From: the human T2T-CHM13v2.0 reference genome, Homo sapiens | Reading direction: 5' to 3' | Length of the DNA stretch: 64,000 nt | NCBI GenBank assembly: GCA_009914755.4 | Contig: CP086569.2 | Location: forward strand, 12,352,001-12,416,000 | Shown here: positions 44,749-60,057 of the stretch, one piece after another | How positions within the stretch are numbered: the first letter of the stretch is position 1 | Layout of the letters: every line of letters begins with the position of its first letter | The notes under the pieces: generated by a model | What the model was told of the DNA's origin: nothing | What the model saw: only the letters and a program-made list of their open reading frames with translations | Database searches by the model: none | Program-made: the position numbers and the translations under genes

Positions 44749-47700
44749 GGAAACTAAAGGAATAGCATAGAAAGGAATGGCATTGAATGGAATGGAATGG
44801 AATGGAATCAGATGGAACAGAAAGGAATGGAATAGAATCGAATGGTATGGCATCGAATGGATTGGAATGGAATGTAATGGAATGGAAAGGAATGGAATGG
44901 ACTCGAATGGAATGTACTCAAATGGAATAGAATAGAATGGAATGGAAGTAAATATAATGGACTCGAATGGAATGGATTGGAATAAATTGGAATTGAATGT
45001 ATTGGATTCGAATGGAAAGGAATGGAATGGAATGGAATGGATTCGAATGGAATGGAATCGAATGGAATGGAACGAATTGGAATGTAATTGAATGGCGTCG
45101 AAAACAGTAGAAAGAAATGAAGTTTAATCGAATGATATCGAATGGAATTGAATGGAATGTACGCGAATGGAATGGACTGGAATGGAATGGACTCTATGGG
45201 AATGAAGAGGAGTGGAATGGACTCGAATGTCATGGAGACGATTGGAATGGAAGGGAATGCAAAGGAATGGAATGGAATGGAATCTGATGCATCGCAATGG
45301 AATGGAATGGGGTCGAATGGCATAGAATCGAAAGGAATGGCATCCAATGGAATGGAAACGAATTGAATGGAATGGCATGGAATGGAATGGAAAGGAATAT
45401 AATGGAAAGGAATCGGATGGAACGGAATGGAATGTAATGGAGTCGAATGGAATAGAATCTAATAGAATTGCATTGATAGGAATGGAATCGAACGGACTCG
45501 AAAGGATTGGAGCCTAACAGAAGAGAATCGAACAGAATAGCATCAAATGGAATGGAAATGAATGGAATGGAATGGAATGGAATGGAATGGAATGGAATGG
45601 AATGGAATGGACACACATGTAATGGAGTTGAATGGAATGGAATCAAATAGAATGGACGCGAATGGAATGGTCTCGAATGGAATTTATGAAAATAGAATGG
45701 AATCGAAAGTCATTGAACATTATGGAATGGAATCAAATGGAATGAAATCGAATGGAAGGAACCGGAATGGAATGTACTGGAATAGAACGGACTCGAGTGT
45801 TACGGAAAGAAAAGTAAGTGATTCGGATGTCTTTTAATTGAATGGAATGAAATCAAATGGAATGGAAAGGAATAAAATGGAATGGAATAAAATAGAATGC
45901 AATAGAATGGAAGTGAGTGGAGTCGAGTTGAATGGAATCGAATTGAATGGAATAGAATGGAATAGAATCAAATGGAATGGACTCGAATGCAATGGAACCG
46001 AATGGAATGGACTGGAACATAATGGAATCGAACGTATTGGAATGGAAAGGAATGGAAAGGAATTGAATGCAACGGAAAGCAATGGAATCGAATGTAATGG
46101 AGTCGTATGTAGTGGAGTCGAATGGAATGGAATCAAATGGAAGGAAAAGAATACAATCGAATGGAATAGAATAGAATGCAACAGAATGAAACGGAGTGGA
46201 ATCGAGTGGAATGGAATAGAATTGAATGGAATGGAAAGGAATGGAATCGAATGGAATGGATCCGAATGGAATGGATCCGAATGGAATGGAATGGAACAAA
46301 ATGGAATTGAACAGATTAGAATCGAATGGATCCGAATCGAATGGAATGGAATATAATGGAATGGAATGGAATGGAATGGAATGGAATGGAATGGACCCAA
46401 AGGTAATGAACTCTAATGAAATGGACTTTAATAGAATGGATTAGAAAACAATGGGCTCGAATGGAATTTAATCAAGTCGAATTTAATGGAATGGAATGGA
46501 ATGCAAAACTATGGAATAGCATCAAATGGAATGGAACAGAATAGAGTGGAATGGAATGGAATACACAGGAATAGAACAGACTCGAATGTAATGGATTGCA
46601 ATGTAAGTGATTCAAAGGGAATGGAATCAAATGGAATATAATCAAATGGAATGGAATGGAGTGCATTGGAATGGAATAAAATGGAATGCAAACAATGTTA
46701 CAGAACTCATTTGAATCTAGAGGAATGGAATCGAATGCAATGGGAAAGAATGGAATGGACACGAATGGAATGGATTGGAAACAAATGGAATGGAAAGGAT
46801 TTTAATCATACAGAACAAAATAGAATGCAATGGACTCGAATGAAATGGAGTCGAAGAGAATAGTATCAAATGGAAAGGAATGGAATGCAATCGAATCGAA
46901 TGGAATGTTAATGAAATTAATTGAAAGGAATAGAATGGAATGAAGTGTAATGGAAAGATATCGAATTGAATGGAATTGAATGGAATGGACACAAACGGAA
47001 TGGACTGGAATGGAATGAACTGGAAAGGAATGGAATGGAGCGGAACGGACTCGAGTGCAATGGAATCGAATGGTATAGAATAGAATGGAATGGAATGGAA
47101 AGGAATAGAAGGGAATGGAATCGGATCCAACGGGACAGATTGGAATGGGGTAGAATTGAATAGAATCGAATGGAATGGCATCGAATGTAATGGAATGGAA
47201 TGGACTCGAATGGAATGGAGTGACATGTAATGGAATCGAAAGGAATGGAATCGAATGAAATGGAATTGAATGGAATAGAAAGGAATAGAATGGAATGGAG
47301 TTTAATGGAAAGATATTAAAAGTAATGGAATGGAATTGAGTGGACACGAATGGAATGGACTGGAATGGAAAGGACTCGAATGAAATGGAGCGCATTAGAA
47401 TGGACTCGAATGGAATGGATTGGAGTGGAATGGTCTCGAATGGATTGGAAACGAATGGAATGGAAAGGAGTAGAATGGAATGTAATCAAATGGAACGAAA
47501 TGGAATGGAATGGATTCGACTGGAACAGAATTGAATGGAGTGGAATTGATTGGAATGGAATGCAATCGAATGGAATGAACACGAATGGAATAGAATGAAA
47601 TGAAATGGCATAGAATGGAATGGAATGGAATGGAATGGAATGGAATGGAATGGAATGGAATGGAATGGCATGGCATGGAACGTGATGGAATGGAATGAAA

Positions 47701-48624
47701 TTGATTGGAATGGGATGGGCCCAAAAGTAAAGGACTCAAATAAAAGGGACTCAAATAGAATGAATTGGAAAGAAACGGTCTCGAATGTAATTCATTCGAA
47801 TGGAATGATATTGAATGGAATGCAATAGTATGGAATGGTATCGAATAGAATGGAATAGAATGGAATGGAATGGAACGGAATGGAGTGCATTTGAACGGAC
47901 TCAAATGCAATAAATTGCAATATAATTGATTCAAATGGAATGGAATCGAATAGAATGTAAACAAACGGAATGGAAGGCAATGCAATGGAAAGGAATCGAA
48001 TGAAATGGACCCGAGTGGAATGGACTCACATAGAACAGCCTTGAATGTAATGGATGACAATGTATTAGATTCGAAAGGACTGAAATCGAATGGAATGTAA
48101 TCAAATAGAACGGAATTGAATGCATGGAATGGCATAGAAAGTAATGCAATGGAATGGAATAGACTGGAATGGAATGGAATCGGATGGAATGTAATGAAAT
48201 GTAATGGAAGGAATGCCATGGAATGGAATGGAATGGAATGCAATGGGCCGGTGTATAATGGAGTGCAATGGAATTCAGTGGAATGTAGTCAATAGGAATG
48301 AAATAGAATGGAATTCAATATAAGGGAATGGCATCCAATGGCAAGGAATGGAGTGGACTCCAATGGAAACAACATGAAAGGAATATAATATAATGGAATG
48401 GCATTGAACGAAATGGAAAGCAATGGAGTTAAAAGGTAAGATATCGAATGGAAAAGAATTGAATGGACTCGAATGGAATATAACGGAATGGAATGGACTC
48501 GAATGGAATGTACTAGAGTTGAATGGAATCGAATGGAATGGAAAACAGTGGAAAGGAAAGGAAGGGAATTGAAAGGAAAGGAATAGAATGGAATGGAATC
48601 GGATAGAATGGAATTGAATGGAAT
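44749..48624. repeat. HOR short unit S1 (3876 bp), hybrid long-type 5' / short-type 3'
   Basis: The 5' ~2.65 kb carries long B-type variants ('ggaatataatgg', 'caatgggaaagaatgg', 'ggatccgaatggaatggatccgaatgg'). From ~47455 it carries short-type variants ('ggaatggaaaggagtagaatgg', 'ggcatggcatggaacgtgatgg', 'aaaagtaaaggactc'). The deletion junction 'aatcgaatgaaatgg|acccgagtgg' is at 48008/48009. Confidence 0.8.
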
Positions 48625-51600
48625 GGAAACTAAAGGAATAGAATAGAAAGGAATGGCATTGAATGGAATGGAATGGAATGGAATCAGATGGAACAGAAAG
48701 GAATGGAATAGAATCGAATGGTATGGCATCGAATGGATTGGAATGGAAAGGAATGGAATGAACTCGAATGGAATGTACTCAAATGGAATAGAATAGAATG
48801 GAATGGAAGTAAATATAATGGACTCGAATGGAATGGATTGGAATAAATTGGAATTGAATGTATTGGATTCGATTGGAAAGGAATGGAATGGAATGGAATG
48901 GATTCGAATGGAATGGAATCGAATGGAATGGAACGAATTGGAATGTAATTGAATGGCGTCGAAAACAGTAGAAAGAAATGAAGTTTAATCGAATGATATC
49001 GAATGGAATTGAATGGAATGTACGCGAATGGAATGGACTGGAATGGAATGGACTCTATGGGAATGAAGAGGAGTGGAGTGGACTCGAATGTCATGGAGAC
49101 GATTGGAATGGAAAGGAATGCAAAGGAATGGAATGGAATGGAATCTGATGCATCGCAATGGAATGGAATGGGGTCGAATGGAATAGAATCGAAAGGAATG
49201 GCATCCAATGGAATGGAAACGAATTGAATGGAATGGCATGGAATGGAATGGAAAGGAATATAATGGAAAGGAATCGGATGGAACGGAATGGAATGGAATG
49301 GAGTCGAATGGAATAGAATCTAATAGAATTGCATTGATAGGAATGGAATCGAACAGACTCGAAAGGATTGGAGCCTAACAGAAGAGAATCGAACAGAATA
49401 GCATCAAATGGAATGGAAATGAATGGAATGGAATGGAATGGAATGGAATGGAATGGAATGGAATGGACACACATGTAATGGACTTGAATGGAATGGAATC
49501 AAATAGAATGGACGCGAATGGAATGGTCTCGAATGGAATTTATGAAAATAGAATGGAATCGAAATTCATTGAACATTATGGAATGGAATCAAATGGAATG
49601 AAATCGAATGGAAGGAACCGGAATGGAATGTACTGGAATAGAACGGACTCGAATGTTACGGAAAGAAAAGTAAGTGATTCGGATGTCTTTTAATTGAATG
49701 GAATGAAATCAAATGGAATGGAAAGGAATAAAATGGAATGGAATGAAATAGAATGCAATAGAATGGAAGGGAGTGGAGTCGAGTTGAATGGAATCGAATT
49801 GAATGGAATAGAATGGAATAGAATCAAATGGAATGGATTCGAATGCAATGGAACCGAATGGAATGGACTGGAACATAATGGAATCGAAAGGAATGGAAAG
49901 GAATTGAATGCAATGGAAAGCAATGGAATCGAATGTAATGGAGTCGTATGTAGTGGAGTCGAATGGAATGGAATCAAATGGAAGGAAAAGAATACAATCG
50001 AATGGAATAGAATAGAATACAACAGAATGAAACGGAGTGGAATCGAGTGGGATGGAATAGAATTCAATGGAATGGAAAGGAATGGAATCGAATGGAATGG
50101 AATCGAATGGAATGGAACCGAACAAAATGGAATTGAACAGATTAGAATCGAATGGATCCGAATCGAATGGAATGGAGTATAAGGGAATGGAATGGAATGG
50201 AATGGACCCAAATGTCATGAACTCTAATGAAATGGACTTTAATAGAATGGATTAGAAAACAATGGGCTCGAATGGAATTTAATCAAGTCGAATTTAATGG
50301 AATGGAATGGAATGCAAAACTATGGAATAGCATCAAATGGAATGGAACAGAATAGAGTGGAATGGAATGGAATACACAGGTATAGAACAGACTCGAATGT
50401 AATGGATTGCAATGTAAGTGATTCAAAGGGAATGGAATCAAATGGAATATAATCAAATGGAATGGAATGGAGTGCATTGGAATGGAATAAAATGGAATGC
50501 AAACAATGGTACAGAACTCATTTGAATGTAGAGGAATGGAATCGAATGCAATGGAAAAGAATGGAATGGACACGAATGGAATGGATTGGAAACAAATGGA
50601 ATGGAAAGGATTTTAATCATACAGAACAAAATAGAATGCAATGGACTCGAATGAAATGGAGTCGAAGAGAATAGTATCAAATGGAAAGGAATGGAATGCA
50701 ATCGAATCGAATGGAATGTTAATGAAATTAATTGAAAGGAATAGAATGGAATGAAGTGTAACGGAAAGATATCGAATTGAATGGAATTGAATGGAATGGA
50801 CACAAACGGAATGGACTGGAATGGAATGAACTGGAAAGGAATGGAATGGAGCGGAACGGACTCGAGTGCAATGGAATCGAATGGTATAGAATAGAATGGA
50901 ATGGAATGGAAAGGAATAGAAGGGAATGGAATCGGATCCAACGGGACAGATTGGAATGGGGTAGAATTGAATAGAATCGAATGGAATGGCATCGAATGTA
51001 ATGGAATGGAATGGACTCGAATGGAATGGAGTGACATGTAATGGAATCGAAAGGAATGGAATCGAATGAAATGGAATTGAATGGAATAGAAAGGAATAGA
51101 ATGGAATGGAGTTTAATGGAAAGATATTAAAAGTAATGGAATGGAATTGAGTGGACACGAATGGAATGGACTGGAATGGAAAGGACTCGAATGAAATGGA
51201 GCGCATTAGAATGGACTCGAATGGAATGGATTGGAGTGGAATGGTCTCGAATGGATTGGAAACGAATGGAATGGAAAGGAGTAGAATGGAATGTAATCAA
51301 ATGGAACGAAATGGAATGGAATGGATTCGACTGGAACAGAATTGAATGGAGTGGAATTGATTGGAATGGAATGCAATCGAATGGAATGAACACGAATGGA
51401 ATAGAATGAAATGAAATGGCATAGAATGGAATGGAATGGAATGGAATGGAATGGAATGGAATGGAATGGAATGGAATGGCATGGCATGGAACGTGATGGA
51501 ATGGAATGAAATTGATTGGAATGGGATGGGCCCAAAAGTAAAGGACTCAAATAAAAGGGACTCAAATAGAATGAATTGGAAAGAAACGGTCTCGAATGTA

Positions 51601-52435
51601 ATTCATTCGAATGGAATGATATTGAATGGAATGCAATAGTATGGAATGGTATCGAATAGAATGGAATAGAATGGAATGGAATGGAACGGAATGGAGTGCA
51701 TTTGAACGGACTCAAATGCAATAAATTGCAATATAATTGATTCAAATGGAATGGAATCGAATAGAATGTAAACAAACGGAATGGAAGGCAATGCAATGGA
51801 AAGGAATCGAATGAAATGGACCCGAGTGGAATGGACTCACATAGAACAGCCTTGAATGTAATGGATGACAATGTATTAGATTCGAAAGGACTGAAATCGA
51901 ATGGAATGTAATCAAATAGAACGGAATTGAATGCATGGAATGGCATAGAAAGTAATGCAATGGAATGGAATAGACTGGAATGGAATGGAATCGGATGGAA
52001 TGTAATGAAATGTAATGGAAGGAATGCCATGGAATGGAATGGAATGGAATGCAATGGGCCGGTGTATAATGGAGTGCAATGGAATTCAGTGGAATGTAGT
52101 CAATAGGAATGAAATAGAATGGAATTCAATATAAGGGAATGGCATCCAATGGCAAGGAATGGAGTGGACTCCAATGGAAACAACATGAAAGGAATATAAT
52201 ATAATGGAATGGCATTGAACGAAATGGAAAGCAATGGAGTTAAAAGGTAAGATATCGAATGGAAAAGAATTGAATGGACTCGAATGGAATATAACGGAAT
52301 GGAATGGACTCGAATGGAATGTACTAGAGTTGAATGGAATCGAATGGAATGGAAAACAGTGGAAAGGAAAGGAAGGGAATTGAAAGGAAAGGAATAGAAT
52401 GGAATGGAATCGGATAGAATGGAATTGAATGGAAT
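48625..52435. repeat. HOR short unit S2 (3811 bp)
   Basis: Landmarks: 'aactaaaggaatagaatagaaagg' (versus long 'gcatagaaagg'), gatgtcttttaattg at 49681, 'gtacagaactcatttgaatgtagagg' at ~50510, gggcccaaaagtaaagg at ~51527, and junction 'atgaaatgg|acccgagtgg' at 51819/51820. It lacks the tagcggcatg, ggcctccagcgg and gaattctaattc landmarks. Confidence 0.87.
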
Positions 52436-55400
52436 GGAAACTAAAGGAATAGAATAGAAAGGAATGGCATTGAATGGAATGGAATGGAATGGAATCAGAT
52501 GGAACAGAAAGGAATGGAATAGAATCGAATGGTATGGCATCGAATGGATTGGAATGGAAAGGAATGGAATGAACTCGAATGGAATGTACTCAAATGGAAT
52601 AGAATAGAATGGAATGGAAGTAAATATAATGGACTCGAATGGAATGGATTGGAATAAATTGGAATTGAATGTATTGGATTCGATTGGAAAGGAATGGAAT
52701 GGAATGGAATGGATTCGAATGGAATGGAATCGAATGGAATGGAACGAATTGGAATGTAATTGAATGGCGTCGAAAACAGTAGAAAGAAATGAAGTTTAAT
52801 CGAATGATATCGAATGGAATTGAATGGAATGTACGCGAATGGAATGGACTGGAATGGAATGGACTCTATGGGAATGAAGAGGAGTGGAGTGGACTCGAAT
52901 GTCATGGAGACGATTGGAATGGAAAGGAATGCAAAGGAATGGAATGGAATGGAATCTGATGCATCGCAATGGAATGGAATGGGGTCGAATGGAATAGAAT
53001 CGAAAGGAATGGCATCCAATGGAATGGAAACGAATTGAATGGAATGGCATGGAATGGAATGGAAAGGAATATAATGGAAAGGAATCGGATGGAACGGAAT
53101 GGAATGGAATGGAGTCGAATGGAATAGAATCTAATAGAATTGCATTGATAGGAATGGAATCGAACGGACTCGAAAGGATTGGAGCCTAACAGAAGAGAAT
53201 CGAACAGAATAGCATCAAATGGAATGGAAATGAATGGAATGGAATGGAATGGAATGGAATGGAATGGAATGGAATGGACACACATGTAATGGACTTGAAT
53301 GGAATGGAATCAAATAGAATGGACGCGAATGGAATGGTCTCGAATGGAATTTATGAAAATAGAATGGAATCGAAATTCATTGAACATTATGGAATGGAAT
53401 CAAATGGAATGAAATCGAATGGAAGGAACCGGAATGGAATGTACTGGAATAGAACGGACTCGAATGTTACGGAAAGAAAAGTAAGTGATTCGGATGTCTT
53501 TTAATTGAATGGAATGAAATCAAATGGAATGGAAAGGAATAAAATGGAATGGAATGAAATAGAATGCAATAGAATGGAAGGGAGTGGAGTCGAGTTGAAT
53601 GGAATCGAATTGAATGGAATAGAATGGAATAGAATCAAATGGAATGGATTCGAATGCAATGGAACCGAATGGAATGGACTGGAACATAATGGAATCGAAA
53701 GGAATGGAAAGGAATTGAATGCAATGGAAAGCAATGGAATCGAATGTAATGGAGTCGTATGTAGTGGAGTCGAATGGAATGGAATCAAATGGAAGGAAAA
53801 GAATAAAATCGAATGGAATAGAATAGAATACAACAGAATGAAACGGAGTGGAATCGAGTGGGATGGAATAGAATTCAATGGAATGGAAAGGAATGGAATC
53901 GAATGGAATGGAATCGAATGGAATGGAACCGAACAAAATGGAATTGAACAGATTAGAATCGAATGGATCCGAATCGAATGGAATGGAATATAAGGGAATG
54001 GAATGGAATGGAATGGACCCAAATGTAATGAACTCTAATGAAATGGACTTTAATAGAATGGATTAGAAAACAATGGGCTCGAATGGAATTTAATCAAGTC
54101 GAATTTAATGGAATGGAATGGAATGCAAAACTATGGAATAGCATCAAATGGAATGGAACAGAATAGAGTGGAATGGAATGGAATACACAGGTATAGAACA
54201 GACTCGAATGTAATGGATTGCAATGTAAGTGATTCAAAGGGAATGGAATCAAATGGAATATAATCAAATGGAATGGAATGGAGTGCATTGGAATGGAATA
54301 AAATGGAATGCAAACAATGGTACAGAACTCATTTGAATGTAGAGGAATGGAATCGAATGCAATGGAAAAGAATGGAATGGACACGAATGGAATGGATTGG
54401 AAACAAATGGAATGGAAAGGATTTTAATCATACAGAACAAAATAGAATGCAATGGACTCGAATGAAATGGAGTCGAAGAGAATAGTATCAAATGGAAAGG
54501 AATGGAATGCAATCGAATCGAATGGAATGTTAATGAAATTAATTGAAAGGAATAGAATGGAATGAAGTGTAACGGAAAGATATCGAATTGAATGGAATTG
54601 AATGGAATGGACACAAACGGAATGGACTGGAATGGAATGAACTCGAAAGGAATGGAATGGAGCGGAACGGACTCGAGTGCAATGGAATCGAATGGTATAG
54701 AATAGAATGGAATGGAATGGAAAGGAATAGAAGGGAATGGAATCGGATCCAACGGGACAGATTGGAATGGGGTAGAATTGAATAGAATCGAATGGAATGG
54801 CATCGAATGTAATGGAATGGAATGGACTCGAATGGAATGGAGTGACATGTAATGGAATCGAAAGGAATGGAATCGAATGAAATGGAATTGAATGGAATAG
54901 AAAGGAATAGAATGGAATGGAGTTTAATGGAAAGATATTAAAAGTAATGGAATGGAATTGAGTGGACACGAATGGAATGGACTGGAATGGAAAGGACTCG
55001 AATGAAATGGAGCGCATTAGAATGGACTCGAATGGAATGGATTGGAGTGGAATGGTCTCGAATGGATTGGAAACGAATGGAATGGAAAGGAGTAGAATGG
55101 AATGTAATCAAATGGAACGAAATGGAATGGAATGGATTCGACTGGAACAGAATTGAATGGAGTGGAATTGATTGGAATGGAATGCAATCGAATGGAATGA
55201 ACACGAATGGAATAGAATGAAATGAAATGGCATAGAATGGAATGGAATGGAATGGAATGGAATGGAATGGAATGGAATGGAATGGAATGGAATGGCATGG
55301 AACGTGATGGAATGGAATGAAATTGATTGGAATGGGATGGGCCCAAAAGTAAAGGACTCAAATAAAAGGGACTCAAATAGAATGAATTGGAAAGAAACGG

Positions 55401-56246
55401 TCTCGAATGTAATTCATTCGAATGGAATGATATTGAATGGAATGCAATAGTATGGAATGGTATCGAATAGAATGGAATAGAATGGAATGGAATGGAACGG
55501 AATGGAGTGCATTTGAACGGACTCAAATGCAATAAATTGCAATATAATTGATTCAAATGGAATGGAATCGAATAGAATGTAAACAAACGGAATGGAAGGC
55601 AATGCAATGGAAAGGAATCGAATGAAATGGACCCGAGTGGAATGGACTCACATAGAACAGCCTTGAATGTAATGGATGACAATGTATTAGATTCGAAAGG
55701 ACTGAAATCGAATGGAATGTAATCAAATAGAACGGAATTGAATGCATGGAATGGCATAGAAAGTAATGCAATGGAATGGAATAGACTGGAATGGAATGGA
55801 ATCGGATGGAATGTAATGAAATGTAATGGAAGGAATGCCATGGAATGGAATGGAATGGAATGCAATGGGCCGGTGTATAATGGAGTGCAATGGAATTCAG
55901 TGGAATGTAGTCAATAGGAATGAAATAGAATGGAATTCAATATAAGGGAATGGCATCCAATGGCAAGGAATGGAGTGGACTCCAATGGAAACAACATGAA
56001 AGGAATATAATATAATGGAATGGCATTGAACGAAATGGAAAGCAATGGAGTTAAAAGGTAAGATATCGAATGGAAAAGAATTGAATGGACTCGAATGGAA
56101 TATAACGGAATGGAATGGACTCGAATGGAATGTACTAGAGTTGAATGGAATCGAATGGAATGGAAAACAGTGGAAAGGAAAGGAAGGGAATTGAAAGGAA
56201 AGGAATAGAATGGAATGGAATCGGATAGAATGGAATTGAATGGAAT
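52436..56246. repeat. HOR short unit S3 (3811 bp)
   Basis: Near-identical to S2, including identical ORF translations. The junction is at 55630/55631. Confidence 0.87.
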
Positions 56247-59200
56247 GGAAACTAAAGGAATAGAATAGAAAGGAATGGCATTGAATGGAATGGAATGGAA
56301 TGGAATCAGATGGAACAGAAAGGAATGGAATAGAATCGAATGGTATGGCATCGAATGGATTGGAATGGAAAGGAATGGAATGAACTCGAATGGAATGTAC
56401 TCAAATGGAATAGAATAGAATGGAATGGAAGTAAATATAATGGACTCGAATGGAATGGATTGGAATAAATTGGAATTGAATGTATTGGATTCGATTGGAA
56501 AGGAATGGAATGGAATGGAATGGATTCGAATGGAATGGAATCGAATGGAATGGAACGAATTGGAATGTAATTGAATGGCGTCGAAAACAGTAGAAAGAAA
56601 TGAAGTTTAATCGAATGATATCGAATGGAATTGAATGGAATGTACGCGAATGGAATGGACTGGAATGGAATGGACTCTATGGGAATGAAGAGGAGTGGAG
56701 TGGACTCGAATGTCATGGAGACGATTGGAATGGAAAGGAATGCAAAGGAATGGAATGGAATGGAATCTGATGCATCGCAATGGAATGGAATGGGGTCGAA
56801 TGGAATAGAATCGAAAGGAATGGCATCCAATGGAATGGAAACGAATTGAATGGAATGGCATGGAATGGAATGGAAAGGAATATAATGGAAAGGAATCGGA
56901 TGGAACGGAATGGAATGGAATGGAGTCGAATGGAATAGAATCTAATAGAATTGCATTGATAGGAATGGAATCGAACGGACTCGAAAGGATTGGAGCCTAA
57001 CAGAAGAGAATCGAACAGAATAGCATCAAATGGAATGGAAATGAATGGAATGGAATGGAATGGAATGGAATGGAATGGAATGGAATGGACACACATGTAA
57101 TGGACTTGAATGGAATGGAATCAAATAGAATGGACGCGAATGGAATGGTCTCGAATGGAATTTATGAAAATAGAATGGAATCGAAATTCATTGAACATTA
57201 TGGAATGGAATCAAATGGAATGAAATCGAATGGAAGGAACCGGAATGGAATGTACTGGAATAGAACGGACTCGAATGTTACGGAAAGAAAAGTAAGTGAT
57301 TCGGATGTCTTTTAATTGAATGGAATGAAATCAAATGGAATGGAAAGGAATAAAATGGAATGGAATGAAATAGAATGCAATAGAATGGAAGGGAGTGGAG
57401 TCGAGTTGAATGGAATCGAATTGAATGGAATAGAATGGAATAGAATCAAATGGAATGGATTCGAATGCAATGGAACCGAATGGAATGGACTGGAACATAA
57501 TGGAATCGAAAGGAATGGAAAGGAATTGAATGCAATGGAAAGCAATGGAATCGAATGTAATGGAGTCGTATGTAGTGGAGTCGAATGGAATGGAATCAAA
57601 TGGAAGGAAAAGAATACAATCGAATGGAATAGAATAGAATACAACAGAATGAAACGGAGTGGAATCGAGTGGGATGGAATAGAATTCAATGGAATGGAAA
57701 GGAATGGAATCGAATGGAATGGAATCGAATGGAATGGAACCGAACAAAATGGAATTGAACAGATTAGAATCGAATGGATCCGAATCGAATGGAATGGAAT
57801 ATAAGGGAATGGAATGGAATGGAATGGACCCAAATGTCATGAACTCTAATGAAATGGACTTTAATAGAATGGATTAGAAAACAATGGGCTCGAATGGAAT
57901 TTAATCAAGTCGAATTTAATGGAATGGAATGGAATGCAAAACTATGGAATAGCATCAAATGGAATGGAACAGAATAGAGTGGAATGGAATGGAATACACA
58001 GGTATAGAACAGACTCGAATGTAATGGATTGCAATGTAAGTGATTCAAAGGGAATGGAATCAAATGGAATATAATCAAATGGAATGGAATGGAGTGCATT
58101 GGAATGGAATAAAATGGAATGCAAACAATGGTACAGAACTCATTTGAATGTAGAGGAATGGAATCGAATGCAATGGAAAAGAATGGAATGGACACGAATG
58201 GAATGGATTGGAAACAAATGGAATGGAAAGGATTTTAATCATACAGAACAAAATAGAATGCAATGGACTCGAATGAAATGGAGTCGAAGAGAATAGTATC
58301 AAATGGAAAGGAATGGAATGCAATCGAATCGAATGGAATGTTAATGAAATTAATTGAAAGGAATAGAATGGAATGAAGTGTAACGGAAAGATATCGAATT
58401 GAATGGAATTGAATGGAATGGACACAAACGGAATGGACTGGAATGGAATGAACTCGAAAGGAATGGAATGGAGCGGAACGGACTCGAGTGCAATGGAATC
58501 GAATGGTATAGAATAGAATGGAATGGAATGGAAAGGAATAGAAGGGAATGGAATCGGATCCAACGGGACAGATTGGAATGGGGTAGAATTGAATAGAATC
58601 GAATGGAATGGCATCGAATGTAATGGAATGGAATGGACTCGAATGGAATGGAGTGACATGTAATGGAATCGAAAGGAATGGAATCGAATGAAATGGAATT
58701 GAATGGAATAGAAAGGAATAGAATGGAATGGAGTTTAATGGAAAGATATTAAAAGTAATGGAATGGAATTGAGTGGACACGAATGGAATGGACTGGAATG
58801 GAAAGGACTCGAATGAAATGGAGCGCATTAGAATGGACTCGAATGGAATGGATTGGAGTGGAATGGTCTCGAATGGATTGGAAACGAATGGAATGGAAAG
58901 GAGTAGAATGGAATGTAATCAAATGGAACGAAATGGAATGGAATGGATTCGACTGGAACAGAATTGAATGGAGTGGAATTGATTGGAATGGAATGCAATC
59001 GAATGGAATGAACACGAATGGAATAGAATGAAATGAAATGGCATAGAATGGAATGGAATGGAATGGAATGGAATGGAATGGAATGGAATGGAATGGAATG
59101 GCATGGCATGGAACGTGATGGAATGGAATGAAATTGATTGGAATGGGATGGGCCCAAAAGTAAAGGACTCAAATAAAAGGGACTCAAATAGAATGAATTG

Positions 59201-60057
59201 GAAAGAAACGGTCTCGAATGTAATTCATTCGAATGGAATGATATTGAATGGAATGCAATAGTATGGAATGGTATCGAATAGAATGGAATAGAATGGAATG
59301 GAATGGAACGGAATGGAGTGCATTTGAACGGACTCAAATGCAATAAATTGCAATATAATTGATTCAAATGGAATGGAATCGAATAGAATGTAAACAAACG
59401 GAATGGAAGGCAATGCAATGGAAAGGAATCGAATGAAATGGACCCGAGTGGAATGGACTCACATAGAACAGCCTTGAATGTAATGGATGACAATGTATTA
59501 GATTCGAAAGGACTGAAATCGAATGGAATGTAATCAAATAGAACGGAATTGAATGCATGGAATGGCATAGAAAGTAATGCAATGGAATGGAATAGACTGG
59601 AATGGAATGGAATCGGATGGAATGTAATGAAATGTAATGGAAGGAATGCCATGGAATGGAATGGAATGGAATGCAATGGGCCGGTGTATAATGGAGTGCA
59701 ATGGAATTCAGTGGAATGTAGTCAATAGGAATGAAATAGAATGGAATTCAATATAAGGGAATGGCATCCAATGGCAAGGAATGGAGTGGACTCCAATGGA
59801 AACAACATGAAAGGAATATAATATAATGGAATGGCATTGAACGAAATGGAAAGCAATGGAGTTAAAAGGTAAGATATCGAATGGAAAAGAATTGAATGGA
59901 CTCGAATGGAATATAACGGAATGGAATGGACTCGAATGGAATGTACTAGAGTTGAATGGAATCGAATGGAATGGAAAACAGTGGAAAGGAAAGGAAGGGA
60001 ATTGAAAGGAAAGGAATAGAATGGAATGGAATCGGATAGAATGGAATTGAATGGAAT
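56247..60057. repeat. HOR short unit S4 (3811 bp)
   Basis: Near-identical to S2 and S3. The junction is at 59441/59442. Confidence 0.87.
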
